From: a virus
Length of the DNA stretch: 46,903 nt
Reading direction: 5' to 3' (one strand)
IMG/VR virus record: IMGVR_UViG_3300045988_041451
The stretch's first letter is position 1. Every line of letters begins with the position of its first letter. A model generated the notes under the pieces. The model saw nothing but the letters and a program-made list of their open reading frames with translations, did no database searches and was not told the origin of the DNA. Shown here one piece after another: positions 7,621-16,190 of the stretch. Both the position numbers and the translations under genes were made by a program.

Positions 7621-7880
7621 GCTGTTCTGTATCTCGCATTTTCGTCTTCCCGGCTCCTCGCCCAGCTTTCCAGTTCATCAATCGCTCTCTTGTAGCAAGC
7701 AACGTCATCGTCCTCTTCGACTTTGATGATCTGCTTCCGATCGGGACCGTCTCCCTGATAAATCTTGATGAATCCGGGCCTGTTCATGGAGAATCTGCTG
7801 TGAACACGCAAGTTGTATCTTCTCCCGATAGGTCTGTACACCTCATAGAACTTTCTGACTACTGCTGCATATTCATCCAT
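7617..7880 (-). CDS. Hypothetical protein
   Basis: 87-aa ORF translationally coupled within the operon. Confidence 0.6.
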   Translation of the reverse strand: MDEYAAVVRKFYEVYRPIGRRYNLRVHSRFSMNRPGFIKIYQGDGPDRKQIIKVEEDDDVACYKRAIDELESWARSREDENARYRTA

Positions 7881-7890
7881 GCTCCTGTCC

Positions 7891-8337
7891 TCACTTTTTC
7901 TTCAGTGGCGAGATTGTGCCTTCTTTCCAGACACTGTTGTTCGGTTCTTTCATCCACTGTGGAGACAATAACTCGCAATACTCTCGCAGCACCTCCACCG
8001 CATCCTCTGATGTGTAACAGGTTGCGACGTAGTGTCCGACTGCTGCCATGTCAGTCAGGAACTCTTTCTGCGACTTCTGGTGCTTTCCGTCTCCGAACTT
8101 CATCTCGATGTACAATCCGCAGTAAATTCCTTTCGGGTACGGCAGGCAGAGATCAGAGACACCTGCCTTCACTCCCATCTGCTTCAGTTTGACCGCCTCT
8201 GCCTTGTTTCTGCTGCCTCCGTTCGGAATGTGATGCAGCCACTTCAATTCCGGGTACTGTCTCTCGTTCCAAGCCGCCCACGATGCCACGTTGATCTGCT
8301 CCGTGTCCTCGCTTCGCTTTGCATATCTCAAATTCAT
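7891..8337 (-). CDS. VRR-NUC domain nuclease
   Basis: PD-(D/E)xK pattern GVSDLCLPYPKGIYCGLYIEMKFGDGKHQKSQKEF. 148 aa. Confidence 0.8.
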   Translation of the reverse strand: MNLRYAKRSEDTEQINVASWAAWNERQYPELKWLHHIPNGGSRNKAEAVKLKQMGVKAGVSDLCLPYPKGIYCGLYIEMKFGDGKHQKSQKEFLTDMAAVGHYVATCYTSEDAVEVLREYCELLSPQWMKEPNNSVWKEGTISPLKKK

Positions 8338-8561
8338 TCCTGCTCTGCCTCTCTTTCATCCTGTACTGCTGCCGCTATCTCTTTCTCATTCAGATCGGAC
8401 TCGTTGCTGATCTCAATGCAGAAGATCGGCTGCCCTCCGTCCGTGATTCCGAACATCTCTCCGTCATACTTCTTCCGTTCCTTCGGATTCGCCGCAATGA
8501 CCACCACTTCGGATTCTGCATCGAACCCCTGAAGATACTCAATCAACTCTTTCGTCTTCAT
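8334..8561 (-). CDS. Hypothetical protein
   Basis: 75-aa coupled ORF. Confidence 0.6.
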   Translation of the reverse strand: MKTKELIEYLQGFDAESEVVVIAANPKERKKYDGEMFGITDGGQPIFCIEISNESDLNEKEIAAAVQDEREAEQE

Positions 8562-9001
8562 CTCTTCTTCCCTCCTGTCAGGAGTTCCATGTCCTGAAGA
8601 ACATCTCCGGTCACTCCCATTCGCTTCATCCGATCAAAAACTGTCTCTTTCTTCAGACCCAGCTTCCAGAGAAGCCAGTCTTTCAGACCTTCCTTGTCGG
8701 TATAGTATCTTGTCCAGATTCCTTTCCGGTCCCTGATGACCATTCTGGCCGTCTCTCTGCTGATGCGTTTATACTCTTCCTGTTCCGGTGAGAGTCCCTT
8801 GCGCTTCAGTTCTGCAAGCACGGTATTGATGCAGTATGCCTCAACCTTCCCGATTCCTGCTGCGTTCAAGATGCTCGCCTTCGCATCTTTCAATGCGGTC
8901 TGTGCAGCTTTTTCGCTCTTTCTCTTCATCGCTTCGTATGTGATCGGCTCTGGTGTCAGGTGCTTCGCTCCATCCGCTTTCAACACATATCCTTCTTTCA
9001 C
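8558..9001 (-). CDS. Hypothetical protein
   Basis: 147-aa coupled ORF. Confidence 0.6.
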   Translation of the reverse strand: MKEGYVLKADGAKHLTPEPITYEAMKRKSEKAAQTALKDAKASILNAAGIGKVEAYCINTVLAELKRKGLSPEQEEYKRISRETARMVIRDRKGIWTRYYTDKEGLKDWLLWKLGLKKETVFDRMKRMGVTGDVLQDMELLTGGKKR

Positions 9002-9789
9002 TGCTTTTCCTCCTTTGCTTCCTTCGTCTCCTGTTTCAGTTCCTGCGCCCTTTCCAGAATGGCTCTGTTGTATTCGTACTCATGCACCCCATAGGCCCAT
9101 AGATTTTTCTGTGCTCCCCGGAGTCCGTAGTTATACGCGGCCAGAACGTCATATGGCAACTGCTCCGCCGGAACGGTTCCCTTCAGCTTCTCCTGAAGTT
9201 CTGACAGGATGTCCACCCCGACTCTCACGTTCTGGAATGGCTGCGTCAGGTCTGTGCAGTTCAGTTCCTTCATGCGCTCCTGCTGCCATTTCTCTGCGAT
9301 CTGCATGAGTCCGACAGGTGCTCCGCCGTCTCCGGCAGCGTTCCACACGCACTTGCTCTCCCTTTCGATCAGGGCGAACACCATCTCATAATCCACATCG
9401 TTCTGCTCGCAGATTATGTATGTGTACACCTGCATGATGACAGGGAACTGACCGCCTGCTTTCTTGCACTCTTCAGTTATTTCGTGATAGTAGAATCCTT
9501 CCACCTGTTCTCCGCTCCAATCCTGTGACATCGTGTTGTATGGATATTCATACTGACCATAGATGTCGCAACCATATTCCTGCTGCATCCGCAGTTCCTG
9601 TCTGGTCTGTTCTTCCTTCATTGCCATCACCTGTGCATTGATCTCTTTCTCTCTTCCGCACCTTGCGATGCTCACCGCAACTCCGGTCAGGAGCACGACT
9701 GTTGCCACTCTCTTCCAGTTAATCCCTCTTGCGAGTGCTCTTGCGATTCTGACCGCCTTTCTTCGCCTTGCTCTTCTTCGTCTTCTCAC
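8998..9789 (-). CDS. Membrane-anchored lytic transglycosylase (SLT domain)
   Basis: SLT motifs ERESKCVW...GLMQIAEKW...AYNYG with an N-terminal TM VATVVLLTGVAVSIA. The start is ambiguous: ATG at 9789 overlaps rep by 71 nt, and GTG at 9708 is an alternative. Confidence 0.75.
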   Translation of the reverse strand: MRRRRRARRRKAVRIARALARGINWKRVATVVLLTGVAVSIARCGREKEINAQVMAMKEEQTRQELRMQQEYGCDIYGQYEYPYNTMSQDWSGEQVEGFYYHEITEECKKAGGQFPVIMQVYTYIICEQNDVDYEMVFALIERESKCVWNAAGDGGAPVGLMQIAEKWQQERMKELNCTDLTQPFQNVRVGVDILSELQEKLKGTVPAEQLPYDVLAAYNYGLRGAQKNLWAYGVHEYEYNRAILERAQELKQETKEAKEEKQ

Positions 9790-10717
9790 TCTTCTTCCCT
9801 CCTTTCTCCTCCTGCTGTTTTCTCATTCGAGCATATATGTAATACTGGCCGTTCCACTTGTTGTACCTGATCTCTGATTCCGTGTACTCATAACCCTCTG
9901 ATGCGTACCACTTGTTCAGATGCTCCTGCACTGGAAGCGTACCGTTGACCATCTTGTCCACATGGCTCTGCTTTGTCTTGTAATGGTTCTTGTGTTCATC
10001 CGGTTTCTTCAGGTTCTTCGATGGAGTCCAGATTTTTTGATGCTTTCCTTCTTCGGAATCCTTGCCCTTGCCTTTTGGCTTTGACACATACTTCGCCATT
10101 CCTACAAGTCCGTTTTCGTCTTTCTGAAGGCGGCGAACCTGATTCCTCTTTCCGTATGTCCAGAGGCTTTCCACTGTGTCCATGTCCATGTCTCCGTCGA
10201 GTACGATGTGATGATGCCATCTGCCTTTCTCTCCCTGCTCCGTAACGTACACATACCGAGCGTTCGGAAGACCTCTCTTCTTTCTCTGGTAGTTCAGGCG
10301 GCGGATATAGTTCTGCATATGACTCTTCGCCACTTTCATGCTCGCAGGTGTGTACTCTGCCGAATATGTGAACGTGGCCCATATATCCCTGTCACCAAAA
10401 TTCTCATTGATGACTCTCTCACACTGCTTCCTGCTGTTCTTCTCATTCAGGTTCCTCTGTGCCTGTCTATCCTTCTTCCTTCTGCCCTCCTCTGGAATCT
10501 CTTCGACTCTCTTTCTGGTGAACTCTGGATATATCTCGACTTCCAGTTGCTCCCCTGCTTTGATCTCCTTTGTGGCATACACATACTTGATCTTCTTTCC
10601 ATCCATCATCCTCTTGATGATGTCCTCTTCCAGATTCTCAATCTGCTTCTGATATGCCTCTTCATAGTCATACTCTACATAGACATTCTTCTTTCTCCGT
10701 CTCTTGCTCTGCTCCAT
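9719..10717 (-). CDS. rep: HUH-superfamily rolling-circle replication initiator (Rep)
   Basis: HUH-like GRWHHHIVLDGD and catalytic Tyr motif GMAKYVSKP. 332 aa. Confidence 0.7.
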   Translation of the reverse strand: MEQSKRRRKKNVYVEYDYEEAYQKQIENLEEDIIKRMMDGKKIKYVYATKEIKAGEQLEVEIYPEFTRKRVEEIPEEGRRKKDRQAQRNLNEKNSRKQCERVINENFGDRDIWATFTYSAEYTPASMKVAKSHMQNYIRRLNYQRKKRGLPNARYVYVTEQGEKGRWHHHIVLDGDMDMDTVESLWTYGKRNQVRRLQKDENGLVGMAKYVSKPKGKGKDSEEGKHQKIWTPSKNLKKPDEHKNHYKTKQSHVDKMVNGTLPVQEHLNKWYASEGYEYTESEIRYNKWNGQYYIYARMRKQQEEKGGKKSEKTKKSKAKKGGQNRKSTRKRD

Positions 10718-10805
10718 CCTGAATCACCTCTGTCACTTCTCTTTATCGTTGAAGTGTTACTATCCATTACAAGTCCGCCGAACCGCTTCGGGACGCTTGT
10801 TTTGA

Positions 10806-10834
10806 TTGACTTTTCAGGCCGTTCGCAGTACAAT
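10806..10834 (+). promoter_or_regulatory. Sigma-70-type promoter on the plus strand (TTGACT-17 nt-TACAAT)
   Basis: -35 at 10806-10811 and -10 at 10829-10834, with exactly 17 nt between them. It lies in the 327-nt gap upstream of rep. Confidence 0.55.
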
Positions 10835-10840
10835 AATACC

Positions 10841-10909
10841 GAGATGTGTGTTGACCTGAACGTCAACGAATCGCCTTCGGAAGCCTGCAAGCAATTCCGA
10901 AGGCTTTTT
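10841..10909 (+). ncRNA. Candidate about 69-nt antisense (countertranscript-like) RNA opposite the rep leader
   Basis: Bounded by the promoter above and a terminator. It contains hairpin GTTGAC(10850-55)/GTCAAC(10862-67) plus the terminator hairpin. No plus-strand ORF. Confidence 0.45.
10873..10909 (+). terminator. Intrinsic terminator, plus strand only
   Basis: Perfect 10-bp stem GCCTTCGGAA(10873-82)/TTCCGAAGGC(10895-904), 12-nt loop, then TTTTT (10905-09). There is no U-run in the minus orientation. Confidence 0.6.
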
Positions 10910-11044
10910 CATTTCATGCACTTCTTTTTTCTTCTTTCTCTGTCTTTCTGGTTACACTTGTCAATTTCACTTTTGCTGAATCTTCCCTGCTGTTGACGAT
11001 CATTGCGATCGCAGCGAATACCTTCAGCGCATCCGGTTGTGTTC

Positions 11045-11485
11045 TTACTGCCATGAGTTTCCCTCCTCTGCTGCTCTCTTGATCTGTTCCTGCCATGTTT
11101 CTCCTGTATCCACGATTTCAAACTCTTTACTCGGCAGGCTGTTCAGATGGACCATCTGCCTGCATACAGGGCATTCATGCCAATCGTCAAAAGGCTGTCT
11201 GTTCACCATCGTTATGCTTCCACAGCTTCTGCATCCAAATATCCACATTCTCACTGTTTCGTGCTTCTTTGCTCTGTTCAACTGCATTGCAAAGTCATCG
11301 AGTTCGTCCAGTTGTTTCTTCCGTCTTTCGATGGCTTCTTCCTGTCTGTTGTACGGTCCGCCGCATCCCCAGTATTCCATTGTGCCTCTCAATTTCTCCT
11401 CGAACTCTTCTATCTCTCCTCGAAGAACTTCTCTCTGGTGCTCAATGATTGTGTTCACTCTGTCTTTAATGTTCATTGCTCTCAT
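11045..11485 (-). CDS. Zinc-ribbon hypothetical protein
   Basis: 146 aa with CRSCG...CPVC. GAGGA RBS. Confidence 0.6.
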   Translation of the reverse strand: MRAMNIKDRVNTIIEHQREVLRGEIEEFEEKLRGTMEYWGCGGPYNRQEEAIERRKKQLDELDDFAMQLNRAKKHETVRMWIFGCRSCGSITMVNRQPFDDWHECPVCRQMVHLNSLPSKEFEIVDTGETWQEQIKRAAEEGNSWQ

Positions 11486-11495
11486 GTACTATTCC

Positions 11496-11732
11496 TCATT
11501 CCGCGCCGATATAATTCAGGACTCTTTCGATCATTATGTCGTAAAACTGCTCGATGACATCCTGAAGCACAAATTCGTTTCCGTCGCAGTCCTTCACTTC
11601 AATCTCGTCCCAGTCTCCTTCCATTCCGATCTGCTCTGCCATCTCCTCGAAGGACTCCTGAACATTCTCCTGTGTACCGGAGTATTCACATCCTCTGGAT
11701 AACTCCTCACGCAGTCTCTCCTCTACTTTCAT
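11496..11732 (-). CDS. Hypothetical acidic protein
   Basis: Start set at MKVEE, which forms an ATGA overlap with the upstream stop at 11729. Confidence 0.55.
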   Translation of the reverse strand: MKVEERLREELSRGCEYSGTQENVQESFEEMAEQIGMEGDWDEIEVKDCDGNEFVLQDVIEQFYDIMIERVLNYIGAE

Positions 11733-12565
11733 TCGTCTTCTTGCCATATTGCGTTCGCCTCCTTTTTGCAATCTCTTTCCATGTAATAGTCATACAGGAA
11801 CTCTTTCTGTGCCTTTGTGTACTCTTTGACCGGATTCTTTGTCGGAAAAGCAATTCCTCGACTCGGATTGTGTAAGAGAACCCACCCTCTTTCGACGAGC
11901 CAGTCTCCGGCTCCGATCAGGCCGACATTGCATTTTGTCTGCAAGTCAATGTCTCCGTTCATTGCTTCCTCCGGGAATTTTTCGCTCATGTAATTCTGTG
12001 CCCATTCCTGATGTGCTCCCCATTCCACTCCATGAAAAGTTCCGTCCGGCTCTAACCATCCATAATCCTCTGTGGTGTGATTTTCTTCATCCATCATTCG
12101 TTTCGTGAAACTGTCGAGTGCATCCTGCTGCCTATCCTCCGCAGTCTCTTCTCCGAGTTCCTTCCTGATTTCTCTCTGTGTGCTTTCCGATATGTGGTCC
12201 ATTGCTACGTCCCACCGTTCAATCATCCTCCGCAGGTCCTTCTCTGCTTTCTTCCGTCTTTCGACTTCTTTCCAGATGTTCATGCTCTGCGGCATCTGCT
12301 CTTCTTCTCCCGGTTCGTATGTTTCGAGATGATATGTACCTGCTGCCGTGCTCCCCTTCAGAGCGGCGCGGCCGAGCAGAATGTCTTCTGCATATCTCCT
12401 GATCTGTGCCTCCGGTGTGTCTGTTCCGGTCATGCTATCCATCAGAATCTCAATGACTTTCTCGTGGCTCTTTTCTCCGGTGTAAAACCATTCTCTCGCA
12501 AGCTGCGTGATGAACTCTCCGTGAATGTCGAATGAAATCCTTCTCACTATTGGTCCGTCGTTCAC
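11729..12565 (-). CDS. Hypothetical protein
   Basis: 278 aa. GTG start with an AGGAGG RBS and a GTGA overlap with the methyltransferase stop. Confidence 0.65.
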   Translation of the reverse strand: MNDGPIVRRISFDIHGEFITQLAREWFYTGEKSHEKVIEILMDSMTGTDTPEAQIRRYAEDILLGRAALKGSTAAGTYHLETYEPGEEEQMPQSMNIWKEVERRKKAEKDLRRMIERWDVAMDHISESTQREIRKELGEETAEDRQQDALDSFTKRMMDEENHTTEDYGWLEPDGTFHGVEWGAHQEWAQNYMSEKFPEEAMNGDIDLQTKCNVGLIGAGDWLVERGWVLLHNPSRGIAFPTKNPVKEYTKAQKEFLYDYYMERDCKKEANAIWQEDE

Positions 12566-13584
12566 CTTTGTTCCTCCTTTTCTCTGACTTCATTCAGGAT
12601 TATTTTTCGGAAGATGCTTTCAAAGATCGGAACTGCGATGCTGTTCCCTGCCTGCTTATATAATGCCGTGTAGTATCTCCCTTTCTTCTGCTGTGCTTTC
12701 TTTGCTCTCTCGAAGTCCTCGTCCGTGTAGCCTTGCAATCGCCAGCACTCCAACTCCGTCAGGTATCTGTATCTTCCCTTTCCGCAGTCAATCACCTGCG
12801 CTGGTGTTCTGTCCTGCCGTGTTGTGATCGTGAAGGCATAGTCTTCGATGATCGTTGCTCTTCTTACGCTCCCGGTCACTCCGATCACCTCTCTCACGGA
12901 TGGCTGTGTCACATCGTACACTTCCGGCACTTCTTCGTTCTTTTCCAGAAACTCATCAATGCTCCGCATCGGTGTCCGAATCAGTTCGTCGAACTGAAAC
13001 TTCTCTCCTCCGAGGACGGATATTGTGAACACTCTTTCTCTGGCCTGCGGCAATCCGAACTCTCTGGCATCCAGCACCTCATAGTTGTTCGTGTACCCCA
13101 TGCGCTCCATCTCTTTCTGATACCGGATGAAGTTTGCGATCATGTGTCGGCTCGTTACGTTCCGCACATTCTCCCATATCACATATTTTGGTTTCCACTT
13201 TCCCATCTGCTCGATGATATGTATTGTCTCCCACATCAGGCTCGACCGTGTTCCGCTTCCCTGATCGGCTCCTTTGCCTCTGTTGATTCTTCCGTCCTCT
13301 GCCTTTGCTTTCCCCTGATGTCCTGCAATGCTCATGTCCTGACATGGACTTCCGTGAATCAGGATGTCAGGCTTCAGATTCCATCCGACAACGCTCTGCG
13401 TCTTGTACGGCAATTCCTCTGCGAACATCGAATTGTATGACCTCACGGCCTTTTCATCTATTTCCACATAGTCAATCGCCTTCGTCCGGATGCCGAGGTT
13501 GCGGAGCGCACATCGCGGACTCCCTATTCCTCCGAACAGTTCCAGAATTTGCACTGGCCGCTGTTCATTAAGCATCTGCATCAC
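12562..13584 (-). CDS. dcm: DNA (cytosine-5)-methyltransferase, no cognate endonuclease seen
   Basis: Motif I ILELFGGIGS, motif IV GSPCQDMS, motif VI WENV, motif VIII QARERVF, motif X GNSIAVP. Confidence 0.92.
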   Translation of the reverse strand: MMQMLNEQRPVQILELFGGIGSPRCALRNLGIRTKAIDYVEIDEKAVRSYNSMFAEELPYKTQSVVGWNLKPDILIHGSPCQDMSIAGHQGKAKAEDGRINRGKGADQGSGTRSSLMWETIHIIEQMGKWKPKYVIWENVRNVTSRHMIANFIRYQKEMERMGYTNNYEVLDAREFGLPQARERVFTISVLGGEKFQFDELIRTPMRSIDEFLEKNEEVPEVYDVTQPSVREVIGVTGSVRRATIIEDYAFTITTRQDRTPAQVIDCGKGRYRYLTELECWRLQGYTDEDFERAKKAQQKKGRYYTALYKQAGNSIAVPIFESIFRKIILNEVREKEEQR

Positions 13585-13805
13585 CTTCTTTTTGCCTTCC
13601 TTTTCTTTTTCCTCTGTATGATCGGGCAGTCATCCATTCTTTTTTCATCGTGTGACCCATCAGTTTTGATGATGTGGCCTGTCAGGAAGCATTCACCCTC
13701 TTCAAATTTCTCTGCCTCCACTAGCCAGAACGGACAGGCTGTGCAGGCTTTCGGCAGTTCTTCCGCTGCCACCATGAATCCATGTGCATCATAATTTGTT
13801 ATCAT
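13581..13805 (-). CDS. Hypothetical Cys-containing protein
   Basis: ATG at 13805 (MITNYD) is preferred over the GTG at 13844. CTACPFW...CFLTGH...DDCP. Confidence 0.5.
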   Translation of the reverse strand: MITNYDAHGFMVAAEELPKACTACPFWLVEAEKFEEGECFLTGHIIKTDGSHDEKRMDDCPIIQRKKKRKAKRR

Positions 13806-14024
13806 GTTTTTCTCATTCACCTTCTCTCTGGCAAGCGTTCTCACCGCGTCTGCCTTTTCACCTTAAAAAGTGCTAAAACCTGTTATCCATCCATACAGCG
13901 TTCTGGCAGACTGTACGCGCCGCCATGTTTTCACGATGCTCCGATAATGTCTTTCGGCTTGCCATCATCAGTGAACACGTTGCCGTCGTGTCCAGACAGG
14001 GCGAATGCCCTGTTTCGGCTTTTA

Positions 14025-14375
14025 TTACATATCAAGCAATTCTTTCAAGAGTTCTGCTGTCCACTCTGTCAGTTTCTTTCCTGATTCCAGATACTGTTTC
14101 AATGCTTCTCTCTGTTCTTTCATTTTCTCCTGTGTTGGAAGCTCTACCGTTTTACCTCCCTGCTCTATTGCGTTGAAAATCGCATACAGTACGAGCAGAC
14201 AATCTTCTTTGCATTTGTACTCTGCAATCTCTTCGGCGCATCCGCCAAACACCTGAATCGTGTGTCTGATTTCTTCTTTCTTCCCCTCCTTGAAGTTCTC
14301 TTCCTTATATCCGATTCCCTCAATGTGACCTGACGTATTGAAAATCCTTGTTTTGTCCTGTGATAAAATGAACAT
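14025..14375 (-). CDS. Hypothetical protein
   Basis: 116 aa, AAGGAG RBS. Confidence 0.6.
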   Translation of the reverse strand: MFILSQDKTRIFNTSGHIEGIGYKEENFKEGKKEEIRHTIQVFGGCAEEIAEYKCKEDCLLVLYAIFNAIEQGGKTVELPTQEKMKEQREALKQYLESGKKLTEWTAELLKELLDM

Positions 14376-14391
14376 CCTCTTCTCCTTTCAT

Positions 14392-14694
14392 TCACTTGAA
14401 ACTGTATTCAACAACTTCTGCGTTTGGTCTTACTTTGATGTCTTCTTCATACATAAATGCTTTGCACTGGAAGAACTGGACTGAATGGTCAAATGATTCC
14501 TTCACCTTGTTTGCTGGAAGAATCACTTCTATCACTGCCACTTCATCGTGTCCTCTGATTGCCACGAACTTCACTGCATCTTCCGGCTTTTCGCATATGT
14601 ACACATAGCCATCCCATCCTCTTTTTATCGCTCCATCTGCAACAATCTTTCTCATGATTTCCGGTGTTGCCGCATGATAGTATCTCTTTCTCAT
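14392..14694 (-). CDS. Hypothetical protein
   Basis: 100 aa, ATGA coupling to the upstream ORF. Confidence 0.6.
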   Translation of the reverse strand: MRKRYYHAATPEIMRKIVADGAIKRGWDGYVYICEKPEDAVKFVAIRGHDEVAVIEVILPANKVKESFDHSVQFFQCKAFMYEEDIKVRPNAEVVEYSFK

Positions 14695-15230
14695 TTTCTC
14701 TCTTGCCTCCTCCTCTCTCTTGCATCCAGTGTGTCCATCATTTTTGCGTATCTGTTTCGTTTCTCTTTCTGCGCTTTGTAATCCTCTGCGAATTTCTGAA
14801 CATCTTCCCCGGCAATGCTTGCATCGGCCATCTGATCTGCTGTTTCTTCCATCTTTTCAATCATCTCTGCTTCTTTGTCATAGGCCATGTTGTACATTTC
14901 TTCTATTAGTTCTTCAGGAACTTCATTTGCTTTCAACTTGTAGATGTCAGCTTTCAGCTTTGCAATCACCTTGTTATTTTCTTCTGTGATTTTCTTTGCT
15001 GTTCCCAGTTCCGCATTAAGTAGCTTATTCTCTTTCTCTGCTTTGTCTGCTCTCTCCCACGCGATCTCTGCATTTTTCTTCATGCTATACGCAGTATCTT
15101 CTCGAATGTTGTCCTCTGCCAGTTCCAGAACTCCCTCCATTGCGAATCCGACGTAACTGTTTTCTCCGAGTCCTTCCACGATCTTTCTGATCTTTTCGAT
15201 TGCCTGTCTTTCCTGTTCTTTCGTTGTCAT
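14691..15230 (-). CDS. Hypothetical coiled-coil protein
   Basis: Start moved to MTTKEQ, which has an AGGAGG RBS. Confidence 0.6.
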   Translation of the reverse strand: MTTKEQERQAIEKIRKIVEGLGENSYVGFAMEGVLELAEDNIREDTAYSMKKNAEIAWERADKAEKENKLLNAELGTAKKITEENNKVIAKLKADIYKLKANEVPEELIEEMYNMAYDKEAEMIEKMEETADQMADASIAGEDVQKFAEDYKAQKEKRNRYAKMMDTLDARERRRQERK

Positions 15231-15249
15231 GCCTGCTCCTCCTTCTCTT

Positions 15250-15642
15250 TTACACATCGAAGCATACGCTGTGATATGCCCACAGACTTCCGCTTCTCTC
15301 GACTATCTTGTACCAACTTGTGAATGCCTGTCCTGTGCAGTCGTATATTGAAGGTCTGCATGTCATTACTTCGTTCTCTTCGAAGTACACCGCAGCATCT
15401 TCTTTGCTGTTCAGGAATGATGGAAGCTGCATCAGCACTATATAGCCATCAATCCCATTGTCTTTTACCAGTCTTCGCTGTGGCTTCTCTTTTTCTTTTC
15501 TGAAGAATCCTCTGATGTCTCTCTTTAGTTCTTTTATATATTCCAGCGCGGCATCTGTTTTCTGCGCCATCGGCATCATTTCCTTGAAGCTGTTTATCGT
15601 TTCATATGCCAGTTTCAGGTCGTTCTCACTTCGTATCTGCAT
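15250..15642 (-). CDS. Hypothetical protein
   Basis: 130 aa, GGAGGAAG RBS. Confidence 0.6.
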   Translation of the reverse strand: MQIRSENDLKLAYETINSFKEMMPMAQKTDAALEYIKELKRDIRGFFRKEKEKPQRRLVKDNGIDGYIVLMQLPSFLNSKEDAAVYFEENEVMTCRPSIYDCTGQAFTSWYKIVERSGSLWAYHSVCFDV

Positions 15643-15653
15643 TGTGCTTCCTC

Positions 15654-15959
15654 CTATCTCTCAACCTTCATCAACCAGTCTGCTTCATCTTCTGTCACGA
15701 TTCCGAAGTATTCATCTGTTCTCGTGAAGAAAAATTCAATTCCATAAAACTGCTTGATCGCCAGCTTGAACACTTCCCATCTGTCCTGACAGCTTCTGCA
15801 AGTGTTTTCCCAGTATTTGAAGCCGAGTCCCTGATCTGGATTTCCGATTCCCGGTGTTGCTTTTCTTCTTTCGTCAAGGGCCTTGTCCCATGTGCGAATA
15901 GTTTCTTCTAATTCGCCGCCCATTTCTGTCTTCATGAATTTCTCTTTATTCAGTTTCAT
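15654..15959 (-). CDS. Hypothetical protein
   Basis: 101 aa, AAGGAG RBS. Confidence 0.6.
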   Translation of the reverse strand: MKLNKEKFMKTEMGGELEETIRTWDKALDERRKATPGIGNPDQGLGFKYWENTCRSCQDRWEVFKLAIKQFYGIEFFFTRTDEYFGIVTEDEADWLMKVER

Positions 15960-16007
15960 GTCTATTCTCCTTATATGTACTCCCCGGCATTTCCGCCGGG
16001 GCCTGTT

Positions 16008-16172
16008 CTATGCAGTCAGTCCTGCCTGCTTTGCCATCTGCAATCCGATCATGATTCCTTTAATCTCACGCTTCTCGCCGCTGGTCAGTTGCTTCAGCAG
16101 TGAGATCATTTCCTCGATGTCCTTTGTCTGGTTCTCTAATTCCTTTCTTTCGGTTTCAAGTGCTACTGCCAT
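16008..16172 (-). CDS. Small hypothetical protein (54 aa, below the ORF-track cutoff)
   Basis: My translation is MAVALETERKELENQTKDIEEMISLLKQLTSGEKREIKGIMIGLQMAKQAGLTA. AGGAGG RBS. It fills an otherwise empty gap. Confidence 0.4.
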   Translation of the reverse strand: MAVALETERKELENQTKDIEEMISLLKQLTSGEKREIKGIMIGLQMAKQAGLTA

Positions 16173-16190
16173 GTGTCTTCCTCCTTTCTT

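Noticed and set aside
7260-8192. 310-aa plus-strand ORF.
   Set aside because: It is antisense to four well-supported, translationally coupled minus-strand genes (ParA, Cys-rich, hypothetical, VRR-NUC). The Ser/Leu/Cys-rich translation is typical of a shadow ORF opposite purine-rich coding sequence.
10208-10996. 262-aa plus-strand ORF opposite rep and its upstream gap, plus minus ORFs 10909-11121 and 10914-11096.
   Set aside because: The first is a shadow ORF antisense to rep. The small minus ORFs in the gap lack RBSs and have low-complexity basic translations.
12733-13440. 235-aa plus-strand ORF.
   Set aside because: It is antisense to the methyltransferase, whose motifs are unambiguous.
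13994-14015. Hairpin ACAGGGC-GAAT-GCCCTGT followed by TTTCGGCTTTTATT on the plus strand, in the 13806-14024 gap.
   Set aside because: It looks like a plus-strand terminator, but I found no credible plus-strand promoter or ORF upstream. On the coding (minus) strand it has no U-run. It is noted only as a possible RNA structure.
15982-16001. GC hairpin CCCCGGC-ATTTCC-GCCGGGG between two early genes.
   Set aside because: There is no adjacent U-run on either strand. It is probably an mRNA-stabilising or incidental structure.
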